From assembly GCA_012295275.1 (NCBI GenBank), contig CM022675.1:6138001-6202000 (forward strand): 64,000 bases of DNA, written 5' to 3'. The notes under the pieces were generated by a model. The model made no database searches and was not told where the DNA came from. It saw only the letters and a program-made list of their open reading frames with translations. The DNA is from Chrysomallon squamiferum (lineage: Eukaryota > Animalia > Mollusca). This document shows, piece after piece, positions 63,368 through 64,000 of this stretch. Positions within the stretch are counted from its first letter, which is position 1. Each line of letters opens with the position of its first letter. Made by a program: the position numbers and the translations under genes.

Positions 63368-63743
63368 GGGTCATTCTGTGTCAAATTACCCAATGGGTTA
63401 AACCCGACCATCTCAATAATACCAAACATTCTTCAAACTCATCAATCATGGCAGATTTAGAATCCTTGTCATGTTGCCTTTTCAACAATACCAATTCTAT
63501 GAAGATTGGCCCAGTTGTTCCTGAAATATGAGGGTTCAAAGGTTGGTGGTCACACCCATTTGGGGTGAAAATCTCAAAAATCAAGGGGTGGGGGGGTGAG
63601 CCATATCTCCCACACCACTGGTCCGATAGGCCGAATATTTTGGATTTGGTGCTGAGGGATCCCAACATACAAAGTTTCATAAAAATCTGACATTTATCAG
63701 GTTTAAAATATTATTTTTTTAATATGATTTGACATGGAATGAA
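63368..63743. mobile_element. Non-autonomous (MITE-like) relative of the Sola2-like element
   Basis: Starts GGGTCATTC and ends gatttgacatggaatga; interior matches 60325-60610; flanked by AGAT (63364-63367 and 63744-63747), interrupting a minisatellite unit (tatagat|caataa). Confidence 0.75.
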
Positions 63744-64000
63744 AGATCAATAAGTATTTAGAAAGAAAATTACTAATCTACACTAAGTATTTAGATGGAA
63801 TAATGCTAAATATAAAAAAAAATTAAACAGAATAACAAATAAAAAGGTAAATAAAAAATATTAAACACATAAAAATAAATTTTGGCAGAACAATATTTAG
63901 AATACATAACTCATAAATCATATATATATATATAATACATACAATATGCATGGACACACACATATAAAGTAATTTATTTGTACATTTTTAAACAAAATTT

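Overview
AT-rich, microsatellite-rich animal genomic DNA with spliceosomal introns; a mollusc-like invertebrate is my inference, not shown by the sequence. It has three parts. (1) About 2-17 kb is a mosaic of nested non-coding duplications. It holds several copies of a putative promoter/first-exon module and remnants of lost gene copies. (2) About 18-49 kb is a tandem duplication carrying two + strand NLR-like genes. Each has small phase-1 exons (acidic S/T/D/E-rich segment, a 39-aa RHIM/cRHIM-like amyloid-motif exon, an 11-aa linker) spliced to one giant exon encoding an nSTAND3-type P-loop NTPase and a long ankyrin array. The ankyrin scaffold is near-constant but carries variable aromatic-rich loop inserts and recently amplified 198-bp units. 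An orphan ankyrin pseudo-cassette lies between the two genes. (3) About 51.6-62.4 kb is the 3' part (11 exons) of a - strand leishmanolysin-like peptidase gene (LMLN/invadolysin). Its introns contain a Sola2-like DNA transposon, a related MITE and two minisatellites built from splice signals. The best candidate for an undescribed system is the pair of RHIM-like motif + nSTAND3 + variable-ankyrin receptors, an animal parallel of fungal and bacterial amyloid-signalling NLRs. All exon models were read by eye, without transcript or database support.
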